DNA of 55,401 bases, filler included, from Basidiobolus ranarum (GCA_040143965.1; 4 parts of 4 records of this genome joined end to end with filler, not necessarily neighbours in it), one strand, 5' to 3'; shown: positions 1-13,938, counted from the first letter of the whole stretch. Program-made: numbers and translations. The notes: a model not told the origin generated them from the letters alone.

Positions 1-331
1 CATCTTGACAAAACTATAAATGTCAACTTTCTACTCAATAAATCAATAAGTGAAAACCACCAATTCCTCTAATTCTCCAAACCACTTCCAACAGGCTCCC
101 AAATACTTTAAAATTGTCAAGATGTAAACAAACCAATGTGTAGAATTTGTTAAGGAAGGTCCCAGGAACATGTGTGCAAAGTTTGGGGCTTCTTAGAAAT
201 TTGAAGATATATAGATTTTTCAAAGTAAATTCCTCATGAGAATAATGGGTGATATCTTAGTTCAATATAGGATAACTAAATACTAAGCTATATATGACTA
301 TATAGGTGTTTAGGCAATGCTAATTTCAACA
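1..331. mobile_element. Rearranged copia LTR sequence: LTR 3' part in + orientation (1-110) fused to LTR 5' part in - orientation (114-331)
   Basis: 1-110 matches the 3' end of the LTR at 38852-39199 (CATCTTGACAAAAC...CAACAGGCTCCCAAATACTTTA). 114-331 is the reverse complement of that LTR's 5' part and ends in GCTAATTTCAACA. Confidence 0.85.
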
Positions 332-631
332 TCCCCTGGCCTGTCTTTTCATCAATACATGTTCACATGTTGTAAATTCACTGAAACTGACCAGCATAGA
401 AATAAAAGGATAATAGTAAACTTTGGGAAGAGAGCAATTTCCTATTTCCCATTCATAAGTACACTATGTAGAAAACACTTTCACATGTATAGAAAAAAAC
501 ATGTTTCACATTCTCCAACTAGTGACAACTGTGAGTATTCACGTCAAACGATAAGGGCTCGGGAATAATGATAAATATATCAAAATATTAACAAGAATGC
601 CCTTTTGTCCTGCCAGTTCACTTTAAGGAAG

Positions 632-1110
632 ATGGTAGGTAGATGTTTTTGTTCTCTAGCAACCAAATGGTCAATCCATACTCATTTTCGCCCAATGGAT
701 GGCTTTCATTCATCAATAGATACTTGACTGAATACGAAGACTTGTTAACTTGGTGAAATTATAGACGACCAAGAGAAGAAACCACGGACGTAACAAGTGG
801 CCGTGGTCATGTTAAGCCTGTTCGTTGCGTTAACTGTGCTAGATGCGTTCCTAAGGATAAAGCCATCAAACGTTTTACCATTCGTAACATGGTTGAATCT
901 GCTGCTGTCCGTGATTTGAAAGAAGCCTCAGTTTATCCTGAATATGCCCTTCCCAAATTATATGTGAAGTTGAATTACTGCATCTCTTGCGCTATTCATC
1001 AACATATTGTTCGTGTTCGTTCTTGTGTAGGTCGCAGAATCAGAACCCCTCCTCCTAGATTCAAGTTTGATCGTGATGGTAAAAAGCCCAGTGTTAACAA
1101 GACAGCATAA
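632..1110 (+). CDS. RPS26: 40S ribosomal protein S26 (eS26), with an apparent frameshift near 798
   Basis: ATG-only first exon (632-634), intron 635-764, then [11 protein letters not shown] / [39 protein letters not shown]...YCISCAIH, the eS26 signature. The frame breaks between NK and GRG. Confidence 0.93.
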
Positions 1111-1739
1111 TTTTGATCATCTTTTTGACCGATTTCTGTGGCCTCTCAGTTTTAATAAACGATACTCATCAAGCTATTTTTCTGTGGCTTTTCGATCTGA
1201 TACTTATATTTTAATGACACTCTGCAATGTGTTCCTCTTGGAAACATTTGACCTTCATGAAAGATGTTGTTGTTGCAGATACGACAAAAGCATCGAACTC
1301 AAACTGAGTAGATGACTGATATCAATAACGTCGAGTTCCTGGGAAGTACCACCCTGCAAAAGGAAATAGAAATATACTAAGTAATGGTCGAGTATACTAT
1401 CAGATTCATGACCGCCTAAATGACTAAAGTAGCTTCCGTTGTTGTAGGATAAGTAAAAGGTTTACTTGCTTTACCATGTCCTGTATGATGTTTGAGTCGT
1501 ACGATTAATCTTAGCGCCCATTTATATCATAAATACTGACATAAAGACAGTTATTTATTCAAAGCTTGGCCCTTCTCTTCACGTTAATAGAACTAACCCT
1601 ATACACCTATATTTAACTACTCAAGAAGATTGCTCCATTGTAGGAAAGGCTCGTCGATTTGTTAAACGTTGTAAAAACACTGAATGCTTCAATAAAATGG
1701 TTTGAAATCTAGAGTTTCAATACAAATGTAGGCATGTGT

Positions 1740-4070
1740 TTATGGTTGAATAATTAGGGCTTCAAATGATTTGTTAAGTTGATCCTTTTCATCACACTGA
1801 AGATTTGCCAAATCTGTAGGCAGTGAAGGGGTATACTTCGTCATTCGACAGCTGCAAGCTATGATATCTGGAAAGGAGCCTGGAAATGGAGACGAATAAA
1901 GTAGGCTTAATTGACGGCAATGCGTAAACGATTTAGCATCTCCAGAATTATTTCTTTCGTGTTCGCTTTGGGTCAGCCTATCCTCGCGGGTTTCTAAAGC
2001 CTTCAACAACCTATCTTCATCTATGAAAGGAATCTGTACAACTGCCTCCCAAATACCGTTTTTTCCCTCCATGTCTATGGAATATTTCTTTGGATAGAAA
2101 TCAATAATAGGTGAAGCAGGATCCAACATGAGATCACGATATCCTAAGGGTATAAGGTCGCTCGAACTGGTCGGAAGCACACTCATCAAAAGCTCTAATG
2201 GCCGAAAAGGTGCACCAAGTTCAAATTCTGTTGTAGAGGGTGGGAATTCCCGCAAATCAGTGGCCATGGGTGCGTAATGGTACGGATAGAACCAACTCCA
2301 GGATAAGACACCATGATAATAGTAATGCAGAAGCCATTGAATACCCTCTATGTAACACTTAGCTATCTCGTTGATGCTAGGTTTATCGCTGAACTCGGTC
2401 TCTAACTTCGTCTGATAATAGTAAGATTTCCATTGTATGTATTTGTCTTTGAATTGATGGGATTTTTAGTAGGGAATCAAGTATATACCAGTAACAACTA
2501 GCTACCTGTAAGGAGTTGCGATTTAGAGGCAGAACTTTGAGTTGATTCAGGATACTCTTGTTGATACCAAGTCGCACTAGCAAAGTGCTGTTGATATACT
2601 TCGCGCTCGTAACCACAAAGACGATCAATTAACACTTTCAAACGACTGAGATCAACAATTCCATTATTATTAATGTAACCGTCGATTTCTGTTCAGAGTA
2701 GATTACAACGTTAAATCAAGAAATTTCCCTGTGTCACTACAAGAAGAATACCTGAATTCTGTACAAGAGACTTGTATGTATTAAGTACAAGCTCTAAAGG
2801 GTGTTGAACCATGTTCAAGAATGGTAATCTAGGCAAAAAATCATTCCCTACGAAAAACGTTAAGAGGACAATATCATCTATGGTTTTTTCTAGATTGTAT
2901 TCGAAATGATCTAGCTCCTGAAGGAGAGAGAACTCTTGATCGAAATACTTTCTCAATGTTGAAAGGCGAATCAGAGTAAAATTTTGTGGATTCGAAGATT
3001 GACTATAGAAGACATGTTAATCAAATATACACATCCAATATAACACGTATTCCGACATACCTCCGATTCTTCGGGCCATTTCGATTTGACGTCAGTTTCT
3101 CTCTCATTACAACAAAGTTGGCTTCATGGCTAAGCAAGCCAAGGACAACCAAGTCTGAGTCGGACCCGTATAGACAATGTCTAAGCTTAGGGTTGTAGTC
3201 TGGCAACAACCTTGCACACCTTAAATGCTCCAGTATTTTATGTTCACCCTCGCCAGGAGTCTTATTACAAGGTTAAAGATAAAATTCATGGAATCAGAGT
3301 CGTTTGGTCGATAACGTACCTCGTGGCTTGACAAAACAACTTGGATGCCGTGCCAATTAGCATCTTCCGAAACTTGCTTTCGAATAAAATACTCAAGATA
3401 GCTGGAAAACTTAGTCATGAACTCGGTACCTAGTGTATTGAAGTGTTCATGTCTATATGTTGGACTAGAAAAACTAGAAGCAAGCTCGTACCTGGGGTAA
3501 TACTGTTGGTATCAAATGCTTTAGCTCTTTTTGAAGTTTTGGATGTACTTTGAACATTGATAAACCGTCTAGATCTTTGCTGGTTTAGCTTAGCTCTAGG
3601 AGAAACACCTATGAAACATGGAAGTTCAACAACAAACGAAAGAATTTACACCGAGTATACAAACGAACCATCAATAGCAATAAATAATAATCTTCGAGGT
3701 TGTATTCTCTTCACCAGATACGAAATATAACTTGATATTGCACGGAAAACATTTTCTTCGGAAAATTTCGTTTTTTGATCGTTCAGCTTTGCTTGACATG
3801 AAGAATGAATGATTCCGTTCATATCTAGATACAAGTTGTCTATAGTATTTACTTTAAACAATTGAAAATTAATTACTCCTGTATTGTTTCTGGTATTACT
3901 GAAAGAGGTACCTACCAAAGTTGCGAACTCGGCTTTCATTGACATGCTGAAAACATTGTGGATATTTCTGGCTGTTTGAGGGTAAAAGAATTTGGTAAGA
4001 AAATCATTTCAAAAGTATGGTTAGTGCTTCCTTCTAACCTTAGCCAACGGTAGAAGTTAGGGATTCCCAT
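1740..4070 (-). CDS. 5'-3' exoribonuclease, Xrn1-like, catalytic core only (multi-exon)
   Basis: Spliced translation gives MGIPNFYRWL, DNLYLDMNGIIH, AIDGVSPRAKLNQQRSRRF, FDTNSITPGTEFM, PGEGEHKI, HCLYGSDSDL, FFVGNDFLP, WLLHYYYHGVLSWSWFYPYHYAP, FRPLELLMSVLP and WEAVVQIPFIDEDRLL. Stop at 1740. Confidence 0.92.
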
Positions 4071-6482
4071 ACTAGAGATATGCTGTTTTGAAGTTGGTTT
4101 ACTACGTCAACGCTATATTTGTTATTAAATATACCTGGCCAGTGTTCAAACTCAGACTAAGTTTGATAGACCTTGATTCAGTGATTCAACCAAATGAATA
4201 CAAATGCAAAAACGATTGATCTTACCAGAGTACTAATTCTGATTGAGGTGAGAAATACGATTTGATATTTCGGGAACTAAAATAACTGGGTTGCATTTCA
4301 CTAGCAGAACAATCCAATCATTATGTGCTTATCAAATACTTTTTAAAAGTATTACACGCCATCGACGGTATGCCCTTTGACGTTTCGATTCAAGAAGGTC
4401 ACAGCTTGGTGATTGAAAGTGTCAGTTTTGAATTGACTGGTTTCAGGAGTGAAGGCGGGGAATGCAAAGCCGAACAGAAGCCCCGACAGGCTTATCAGAT
4501 GCTATAGCTTACAACATGAATTTATTGCGAATTTAGTAGTCAGTGAATTTTTTAGTGTCGTGTAAGAATACTGATGAGTTTCAAAGTAGCAATCAGGCCT
4601 GTATGCACAAATTTCTCAGGCGGTTCAGTCGAACGAAGCATGAAAATTATATACTTAAGAGTTTTTTCGGGAAAGTGAGTCATTCAATTCCGCGTAGGGT
4701 AGTGCCAAGTCCTTAGTGATTTTCGATGATATAATTGAAGTGACTCTAAGCGTATTGGATTGGCCTACCTTCCAAAACTGTTTATAGCTGATACCAATGA
4801 TCAACGTACTAGTCAATAGCGGAATTTAGGTTTGAACGTCGATTCATCTGGTTTGTCTCCCATCTCAATTGATTTTCTTTCGTTTCTTGTAATACAAATA
4901 TCGACTGTATGTCTAGCCTTATATATACCTTAGCGTATGTTTTTTGTTATCTCTTAATAACAGGTAATAGCCCTAGTTGCTTATAGATTTTCAGTACAAA
5001 AGCTTGATACTGAAATACTCATAGTTGTTTGTTGATGTGCTCTTCAGCTTGCTCCTGAGCAGTTTCTCTCTGTTCATTTAGCAGCCGTACTTATCTATAA
5101 AACTCCTCAACCCTTTCCAATAGGTCATTATGACGGATATTGTCACAGCTCGAGTAAGAAACCAAGGAAAAGCTTTAGTAAACGTAATCATTCGAACCAA
5201 GTTCCTATTGCATATTAAGTCAGAGATCAATAAATGACTTTCTTTATTATCGATGAAGAGTACCACCTACATTTATAGAATTAAAGAGTTGTCATCTTTA
5301 TTGAAGAATTATATATATAACGAGAGTCGGTGAATTCACCCATAATTGTTCAATCTAGCAACAGCCTTCTAACCACAAATATAGTTTAAATCAAATATGA
5401 ATGCACTAATAGCCATGATGATCACCTGTACCCATTGCTAGGGACGAAATATATTTCATATGTTAAGCTCAGAAGTTAGAAGTTTGTCACTTTAGATTAA
5501 GTTGAAACCCCTGTGCACGGCTATTATAAGATGGATTGTTAGTTGCACTACTTGCGAAATTGATTGTAAACTTAATCAATTGTCAAGTGCGTTGATATTG
5601 AAGATTAAACCCACCATGTTTATGTGAGCAGAGTCTTTATAAAAAAGCTGGGATTTCGACATAGTTGCTTTTAACGCGGGTTTAGGTAAGCTTTTTCACT
5701 AAGCTTCTGCTGTAATAAAAGAGAATTTACTCAAACTTGGCCGTGACATACGCCACCCTGTAATCATTCCGCTAGCTATGTCTTTCATCCAACTAGCTCT
5801 GGTTACTTCATTACTCGATGATCCTCAGGAAGGGGTAATCAGACTTACTTTCATCTCTTGATATCTCTAGTTGATAACCATTCTCAGGTTTGTAATTGCC
5901 ATTGTATAGCTACATCTAATAAAATTTGTTTTACAACAAATATTGGACGCGAAAGGTGTTGAGTACGCTTCAGAGCCCTAGATCCTGGGTGTTTGAAACT
6001 CGAACAGTTTATTGTCAATCGTACATATCTTGCTAACATACCAATCGATTGATGGTGTGCATGACGATCATCACCGTGTTTTTACTACGTAAACTGTGGT
6101 AGCACCAAGTAGCATCTTTCTCAATTCACATATTATCGGTTACTATGTCATATTACCAAAACGGGAATCAAGTACAAAGTATTATCCACTTTCTTGATTC
6201 ACATCACGATCAGGATGTGATGCTGCACAGGATGTTGATAATTTCAAGCATGATTCATTTGAGACTGAGTATGTCACGGTCATATTATGCGCAGCATGCG
6301 TCATCTATGGAGAGATAAGTATTACTTCAGTGATGATCATATAATTTGCTCCAATTTGGACGAATAAATAGTCATTGAGGTTACTTGAATATTCCTGTAA
6401 ATTCTAAAATCTTTTATTTAACTTTCCCTTTTAACTTAAAAACTCCTCACTACTACCGTTCTACACTAAAACCACTCTGATA

Positions 6483-7192
6483 ATGGCCTTTAACGAACCT
6501 TTCCCCGACTACTACAGTGCCCTTCAAATTACTGAGGAAGCGACTGATGAAGAGATTCGTGAAGCATACAAACGGGAAGCTTTGAGAAATCATCCCGATA
6601 GAAACCGAGACGATCCAGATGCCACCAGAAAATTTCAGCTTATTTCTGATGCTTACTTCACTCTCAGTGATAATACGAGACGTTCTCAATATGACCAAGC
6701 AAGACGTAGCCAAACACATAGTGGCAGTCGTCAAAGTTGGTTTAAGCAGTCACAAAGCCCACCTGCTGCTGACCAAACCTTTGGAAGTGTCTTTGAAGAT
6801 ATTCTAAAACCTGAAGTCGAAAATCCCAGATGGATATTTACTCCTTTAGGTTCCATTGCTGGTGGTATTTTAGGCTTTATCTGCGGCAGTTTACCTGGAG
6901 CATTGTTGGTAATTATCTGACAGACATGAAGAATAATCAAAATCTATTAGAGATTTGAAAAAGAACTTATGAAATTAACATTTAAATTGTGTAGGGATCT
7001 TTTGCTGGAGCCAAGTTGGGAGCCATTCGTGATAACAAAGGTAAACATTTTTCCATACTCTAGTGTGTGGGTAACGCACCAGCTAATGTAAATCAACTTA
7101 TAGGCGTATCCGTATACGAAGCCTTTATGAAGTTGCCGCAAACCCAAAAATATGCCATCTTACAAGCTTTGGCTGCTAAAATCCTCAAATAG
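6483..7192 (+). CDS. DnaJ/Hsp40 J-domain protein with C-terminal glycine-rich hydrophobic segment (3 exons)
   Basis: DYYSALQI...AYKREALRNHPDRN (HPD motif)...LSDNTRRSQYD. After splicing it reads GSIAGGILGFICGSLPGALLGSFAGAKLGAIRDNKG and ends AKILK* at TAG 7190-7192. Confidence 0.9.
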
Positions 7193-8039
7193 GGTGCTGC
7201 TTTTGATCGATGTGATCCTATTTAGCGGCATCAAACGAAACCATTAGTATGAGACAGTAGCCTTTCCGCACCCATTAGTCTTATTATTATTTGTTTCCTC
7301 AAATTTCCACACTTCAACTCAAATCCACTCTGGACATATACATATGTACGCGGTTATGTAAGAATATGAATGTAGTATTTGTTATTTCCTGTACTCAAAT
7401 AATAGTAAACCTCTCCATGGCTTACTTTCGGGAAAATAGTTATGGTTTTGATAAAATACTTGTTATGAATGCAACCTACAGTCATAAGCACCGTAAATTG
7501 GTCAGAGTGTATGCGCATGCACTGTCGGTTTGAATTCAATAGCTGCATCTGGCTAATCTTTGGTTTGTTCTCCATCACATCATTCAGGAAGCCAATACCG
7601 AGATTTTAGTAACGTGTGAGTCTAGATGCATATATATACTCCATATGGGTTCCAAACGATCCTCCACATAGTGTCATGGATTATGCTGATCATTTGGATT
7701 TTGTTTGTTTGTAGTAATTATGATGAATTTCCCCAGGGAAACTCTAAATTCATCACACCATTGACAATACCCATATTGAGTTAATCCTATTCAAATTTCT
7801 CGATCAGATCATAGGAAACTGGATAAAGCCATGCTTGGTAGACGAACATAATTATTAGCTAATATGCCAGAACAAAGATTAGAAATTCCAACCATTCATG
7901 CTAGAGAAAAAAAAATACCACTCAGAAAAAAAACAAATGCCTTGGTGATGCCTCCCCTACAATTCTTTGAAGGACTCCTTGTTTCAGGTCCACCAAGCTC
8001 AGCTTTATTATTAGTGAAGTGTAACTTCGAAAAGCAAAC

Positions 8040-9986
8040 ATGATGCAATCTCCGGTTATTGTTATGAGTCAGTTTCTTATTCCCATTCTTTTGAACCGCC
8101 ATAGAGCTTCTCTTCCTGCAGAATTTCAACCATAAACAACTAGAGTTTACTAATGTTGAATACTATTTCTGATAATAGATACCAATACTCAAAGAGAAAC
8201 TGGTAGAAAAGCCCAGATCTCTAACATCACAGCCGCCATGGTATACCCTTTTATCCTGATTTATCAATCAATGGTTTCATTTTTAAACCGGATTTGTCCC
8301 TCTTAGACCGTAGCCGATGTTATTAGAACTTGCCTTGGCCCCCGTTCTATGCTCAAGATGCTGCTTGATCCCATGGGCGGCATTGTGTTGACCAATGATG
8401 GAAATGCTATCCTTCGAGAAGTCGAAGTCGCTCATCCTGCTGCTAAGAGCATGATTGAGCTTAGTCGTACACAAGATGAAGAGGTCGGCGATGGCACTAC
8501 CTCTGTGATCATTCTTGGTAAAAGGGTATATTGTTGCTTGCTTGTTTGATTTTCAGAGATTAATCTGATTCTTCGTAATAGCTGGAGAAGTTCTTGCCAC
8601 CACTGCTCCTTATTTGGAACGTAACATCCATCCTATTGTAATCATCTCAGCATTGAAAAAAGCTCTCGAAGACGCTATCGAAGTCATCGACGAAATCAGC
8701 CACCCTGTTGATATTAATGATAGTAAGGAGATGTTGGATCTCATTAAAGCTTCTATTGGTACCAAATTCGTTAGTCGTTGGAGTGACTTGATGTGTAAGT
8801 TGGCTCTTGATTCTGTCAAGATTGTTGCTGTAGATGATGATGGAAGACGCGAGGTTGACATCAAAAGATACGCTAGAATTGAGAAGGTTGGATTTACTTG
8901 TGTTTACAATTTTAACCTTCTCAATGACTAATCTATTCCACTAAATGGTTACAGATTCCTGGTGGCGAAATCGAAGAATCTCGTGTACTTGATGGTGTCA
9001 TGGTCAATAAGGACGTCACTCATCCCAAGATGCGCCGTCGCATTGAGAACCCTCGTGTTATCCTACTTGATTGCCCTCTTGAATATAAGAAGGGTGAATC
9101 CCAAACTAACATTGAAATCACCAAAGAGGAAGATTGGAACCGAATTCTTCAAATTGAAGAAGAGCAAATTAAGTCACTGTGTGATAAAATCATTGAACTT
9201 AAACCAGATCTTGTTATTACCGAGAAGGGCGTTTCCGATTTGGCGCAACATTACCTCCTCAAAGCTGGTATTACTGCCCTTCGTCGTGTCCGTAAGACTG
9301 ACAATAATCGTATCTCTAGAGCAACTGGTGCTACTATCGTTAATCGTGTGGATGACTTGAAGGACTCTGATGTCGGTACTCAGTGCGGACTATATGCTGT
9401 TGAAAAGATCGGAGATGAATACTTTTCCTTCCTGACCAAATGCCAAAACCCTAAGGCTTGTACTATACTTCTTCGCGGCCCTTCCAAGGATATTTTAAAC
9501 GAAATTGAACGTAACCTTCAAGATGCCATGTGTGTTGCTCGTAATGTTTACTTTAATCCTAACTTATCTCCTGGTGGAGGTGCTACTGAGATGGCCATCA
9601 GTGTCAAATTGGCGGAGAAGGCGAAAACACTCGAAGGCATCGAGCAATGGCCTTATATGGCAGTCTCAGAAGCTATGGAAGTTATTCCACGTACCCTTGT
9701 TCAAAACTGCGGTGGTAATGCCATCAAGGTATTAACTCAGTTGAGAGCGAAGCAAGCCAATGGAAACCATACTTGGGGTATTGATGGTCATGCTGGCAAG
9801 ATTGTAGATATGTTGGAGTACGGTATCTGGGAGCCTAACGCTGTCAAGGTTCAAACCCTCAAGACCGCTATCGAGTCCGCTTGCTTGTTGCTTCGTGTGG
9901 ATGACATTGTTTCTGGTGTTTCTAAGAAACAAGGTGGTAATGCTGGTGGCGCTGCTGCTCCTACCCCTGAGCAAATGGAACAATAA
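8040..9986 (+). CDS. CCT3: Chaperonin CCT/TRiC subunit gamma (multi-exon)
   Basis: MMQSPVIVM start, LGPRSMLKMLLDPMGGIVLTNDGNAILRE, QDEEVGDGTTSV, EVDIKRYARIEK, LDCPLEYKKGESQTNIEI and LLLRVDDIVSG, which are CCT-gamma-specific strings. Confidence 0.97.
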
Positions 9987-11006
9987 GCCACATGAATTCT
10001 AATACACATATTTTCTTTTTTCCTACTGCAAATGTAATTTTTACCATTTTTCTCTTTGCAACCCTTCAACCAATAGGAAGGGCCTAATCTAAAGCATACA
10101 TAAATATTTCTATGCAATCAGATGCTTGTGTCGATTATTCGATCAATTTCTTCTGAAGGTTAATCACGCCCGTTTCGAAGCTACAAATACATCTTAATAA
10201 ACTCAGGTAGATGGTGTTGGTACCATGGAGAATATATTCTCCTAGTGTTTGTGTATTGATTCTGACCTCGTAATGAATACTGATATGTAATTCGACACTA
10301 GTAAGCGATATATTGATAAATATATGATCTGCACAGTGCGCTTCGTGGTCCGACACCAACTTGAATCATCGTAGAACAAAGAGTACAACATGAACAATTC
10401 AGGATATTTTCCTTGAATGCAGCAATAATTGGAGAAACCCAATATTGTGTCAACCTAAGATTAGCATCTTCTTCGATCAATTGAAGAGTGGACGAGATGT
10501 GAATATGTGTGTGCGGACTTAACTCATAACCTTCTGCAAACGAGCTCCGATTGTTTCGGTAATTTGTGCTGGTCTTCAGTAATGATTTGGGAGCTGCATC
10601 TGACTACCGCTTTTCAATTTCCGACCTGCTCGTATCGAAATCGATGAGGGCCTCATTGACTAGAAATAGAAGCAGAAGTGCCTTAGGTTTTTCAATTCAA
10701 CCAGTTACTTCCCTGTCCAATTAGATATTATTAGAGGTAGCTACATTTTTGAAGAGATCGTTTACGTGGAATTATAACCTTTACTGCTAAGCTCAATAGT
10801 AATTTTTCTTAGGTCAGTAATACCTTTGACCTAACAATCTTAGCTACCCCCATCCCTAAAACCGTCGAAGTTCTTACCTTTACATCTCTAACTGATATTT
10901 TCGAATCACACAGGATTTTTGAATCATCGTGGATAACCAGCCATTGAGCTCGATATTTATATCCAAGTCCAACATAGCATATCTCAATTAGGTTGAATTT
11001 CCAATT

Positions 11007-13787
11007 ATGACTAGCTTACGACGTGGAAAGACCCTCACTAGGCCTGATCGTGTTCAGGCACCAGGCCCCATGTTGAGTGCTAAAGATGAACGTAAAACCT
11101 TAGATCCTTGGGTATTGTTCTCAAAAATGGTAACCTTCTGGGCACCTGGGTTTATTCTGTCTAAAATCGGTATGCCAGAAAAGTCCAGTCGACAGGCATG
11201 GAGAGAAAAAGTGGCCTTATGCTGGATTGTTGCTTTGATTGGCGGAATGGTGGCATTTCTAACACTTGGATTACCATACGTTTTCTGTCCACAGAGTGCA
11301 TTAGCAAGTTTAGAGAGTTTCGCACAAGTCAGCTCCAGCACACCAGGTAATATACTTTTCCCGTTGTTTATTGGTATGGCCAACTAACCCCGTAAACATT
11401 TATTGTTCCTAGGATTGGTTGGCATCAATGGCTTAGTGTACTCAGTTCTATCAGCAAAGAATAATCTGGCAAACCTACCGACGGGGTCAGATGTCAGCAG
11501 TCAGTTCCAACATGGTTCGAATGTCAATGCTTGTCGAAATGATTTGATAAATGGTTATCCTGCTATTTCATATAATCCATGTGTTAGCAAAGAGGAGAAC
11601 GAAGGTTGTCCACTGCCTCCTATCGAAGAAGCATCCAGAATCTATAACCTAATTCCTACTGGTAGAAAGTTAGGGTACGACTGGGTCAATGTTCCTAAAA
11701 ATTTCCTTGTAATTGACGGAAACGTGCTCAACTTCACCCCCTACCTCAAGGCGTTTCCAAGGCCAAATCCTGATGATATTATAGATCGGGCAATTCGAGA
11801 GGCCATTAATAACAGAGTTGTCGATGCTACACGGACCTTTCTTCGTAGGCCGGAATTGATCGCATCGATACCTTGCCTTGTTGGTAAATACTTTGCCGGT
11901 TATCTTAGCAAGTCGACACCTGGCTGTTTCGGTGTAAAGTTGTTCTTCGTTATCTCGATGGTAATCATACTTGGAATCGTTCTGACTCGTTTCTTTATGG
12001 CTGTTCTGTTCGATTGGTTTCTCTCGTTCAAACTTGCTCGACCACCTCGGCAGCAAGCAAAGCATATTATTGGATCAAAGTCAGCACCATGGGCCAATGC
12101 TAGCATTAGTACAGAGGTGAAGCAAATCCAAATCGACTCTAACGAATTATTTACCGTACTTCTGGTAACCTGCTATTCTGAAGGGGAAAGCTCATTAAGA
12201 TGTACGATAGAAAGCCTCGCTGCCACCGATTACAATGACGATCAAAAACTGCTGTTTGTGATTGCTGATGGAATTATCACAGGAAGTGGAAATGATAGAA
12301 GTACACCAGATATTTGCGTTGATATGATCGAGATCGATCCTTCGTTTGCTGATCCTCAACCACAGAGTTATATTGCCGTCGCCTCTGGAGCCAAGCAGCA
12401 CAATATGGCTAAAGTGTATGCTGGCCATTTCGTTCACGAAGGACATCGGGTTCCTACAGTGGTGGTTGTAAAATGCGGTGCACCCGAGGAGCAGTCCAAG
12501 CCTAAAGCTGGGAATCGTGGTAAACGAGACTCTCAGCTAATTCTTATGAACTTCTTTAGCCGTATAACATTTAACGATCGCATGACTCCTTTGGATTACG
12601 ACTTGTTTACCAAAATCCACCATCTCACCGGCGTAACGCCAGATTACTATGAAATAGTGTTGATGGTCGATGCAGATACCAAAGTCTACCCAGATTCTTT
12701 AAGATTGCTCACAAATTGTATGATAAACGATCAAATGATTATGGGACTCTGTGGCGAAACAAAGATTGCAAACAAGCGAGATTCTTGGGTAACTGCGATA
12801 CAAGTCTTTGAATACTATATTTCCCACCATCTTCGAAAAGGATTCGAGTCGGTATTTGGAGGTGTAACCTGCTTGCCTGGATGTTTCTGTATGTATCGAC
12901 TCAAAGCGCGCAAAGGAGACACTGATTGGGTTCCGATTATTACTAAACCAGAGATTGTACAAGAATATTCGCAGAATGATGTTGACACATTACATCAGAA
13001 GAACCTTCTACTACTAGGAGAAGATCGCTTCTTGACTACATTAATGTTGAGGAACTTCCCAAATCGAAAGATGATGTTCATGCCTCAAGCGGTATGTAAG
13101 ACTGTAGTCCCAGATGAGTTCAGTGTGCTACTTTCACAGCGTCGCCGTTGGATCAATTCCACTATCCATAATCTTATGGAGCTTGTACTAGTTCGCAACC
13201 TGTGCGGAACATTTTGCTTCTCCATGCAATTTGTAGTAGTGATGGAGCTTATAGGCACAGTCTCCTTACCTGTAGCCATCGTCATGACCTACGTGTTGAT
13301 ATACTCGATTGCAACGACTACCTTTACTGATGCAGCTAGTTACTACCCTTTGATCCTCTTGATACTCATTCTTTTTTTACCTGCAGTATTGATTTTACTC
13401 ACCACTCGTAAATTGATTTATATTGCTTGGATGCTGATTTATCTTGTGGCCTTGCCAGTTTGGAATTTCATTCTTCCGGTGTACGCATACTGGCACTTTG
13501 ACGACTTTTCATGGGGTGAGACCCGTAAGGTTGCTGGAGAGACTAAGGAGGACGATCACGGGAAAAAAGATGGAATTTTTGATTCCAGCAAGATAGCTTT
13601 ACGTCGATGGGAAGATTATGAAAGGCGTCGTTTGCGTATTGATCAAACAGATACCCTAACACAATGGAATTCCCCCTTAAACGGTGGTGGTAAGGATTCA
13701 TTCCACAACAAAATCAGTATGGGAATGGTTCCTTATAGCTTTACTCCTACTTCTCATATGGCATTAACATTTAGTTTTAGTATAGCT
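11007..13787 (+). CDS. Chitin synthase (division 2, class IV-like, no myosin domain); 3' end runs into the assembly gap
   Basis: [61 protein letters not shown] and [12 protein letters not shown] motifs. Intron about 11347-11412. Confidence 0.95.
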
Positions 13788-13887
13788 NNNNNNNNNNNNN
13801 NNNNNNNNNNNNNNNNNNNNNNNNNNNNNNNTTAATTAATTAANNNNNNNNNNNNNNNNNNNNNNNNNNNNNNNNNNNNNNNNNNNN
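13788..13887. other. Assembly gap with artificial six-frame stop linker
   Basis: N-run + TTAATTAATTAA + N-run, with identical structure at three sites in the window. Confidence 0.97.
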
Positions 13888-13938
13888 GACTACACAAGTA
13901 AACTGAATTTGATTCTTACGCTGATATCTCTACTACAG

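Noticed and set aside
35-223. Short ORFs sharing FGSLLEVVWR-like peptides (also 20023-20250, 21227-21436, 39084-39329)
   Set aside because: They are translations of the non-coding LTR, not a gene family.
4300-6400. Possible ncRNA or exons in the XRN-DnaJ intergenic region
   Set aside because: No tRNA, snRNA or rRNA signature found, and the exon-like fragments near 5030-5270 do not join into a supportable model.
10135-10680. Possible small spliced gene on the minus strand between CCT3 and the chitin synthase
   Set aside because: I could not build a consistent exon chain or recognise a motif.
13832-13843. TTAATTAATTAA palindrome inside N-runs (also at about 27717 and 41591)
   Set aside because: Identical artificial contig linker with stops in all six frames; not biological.
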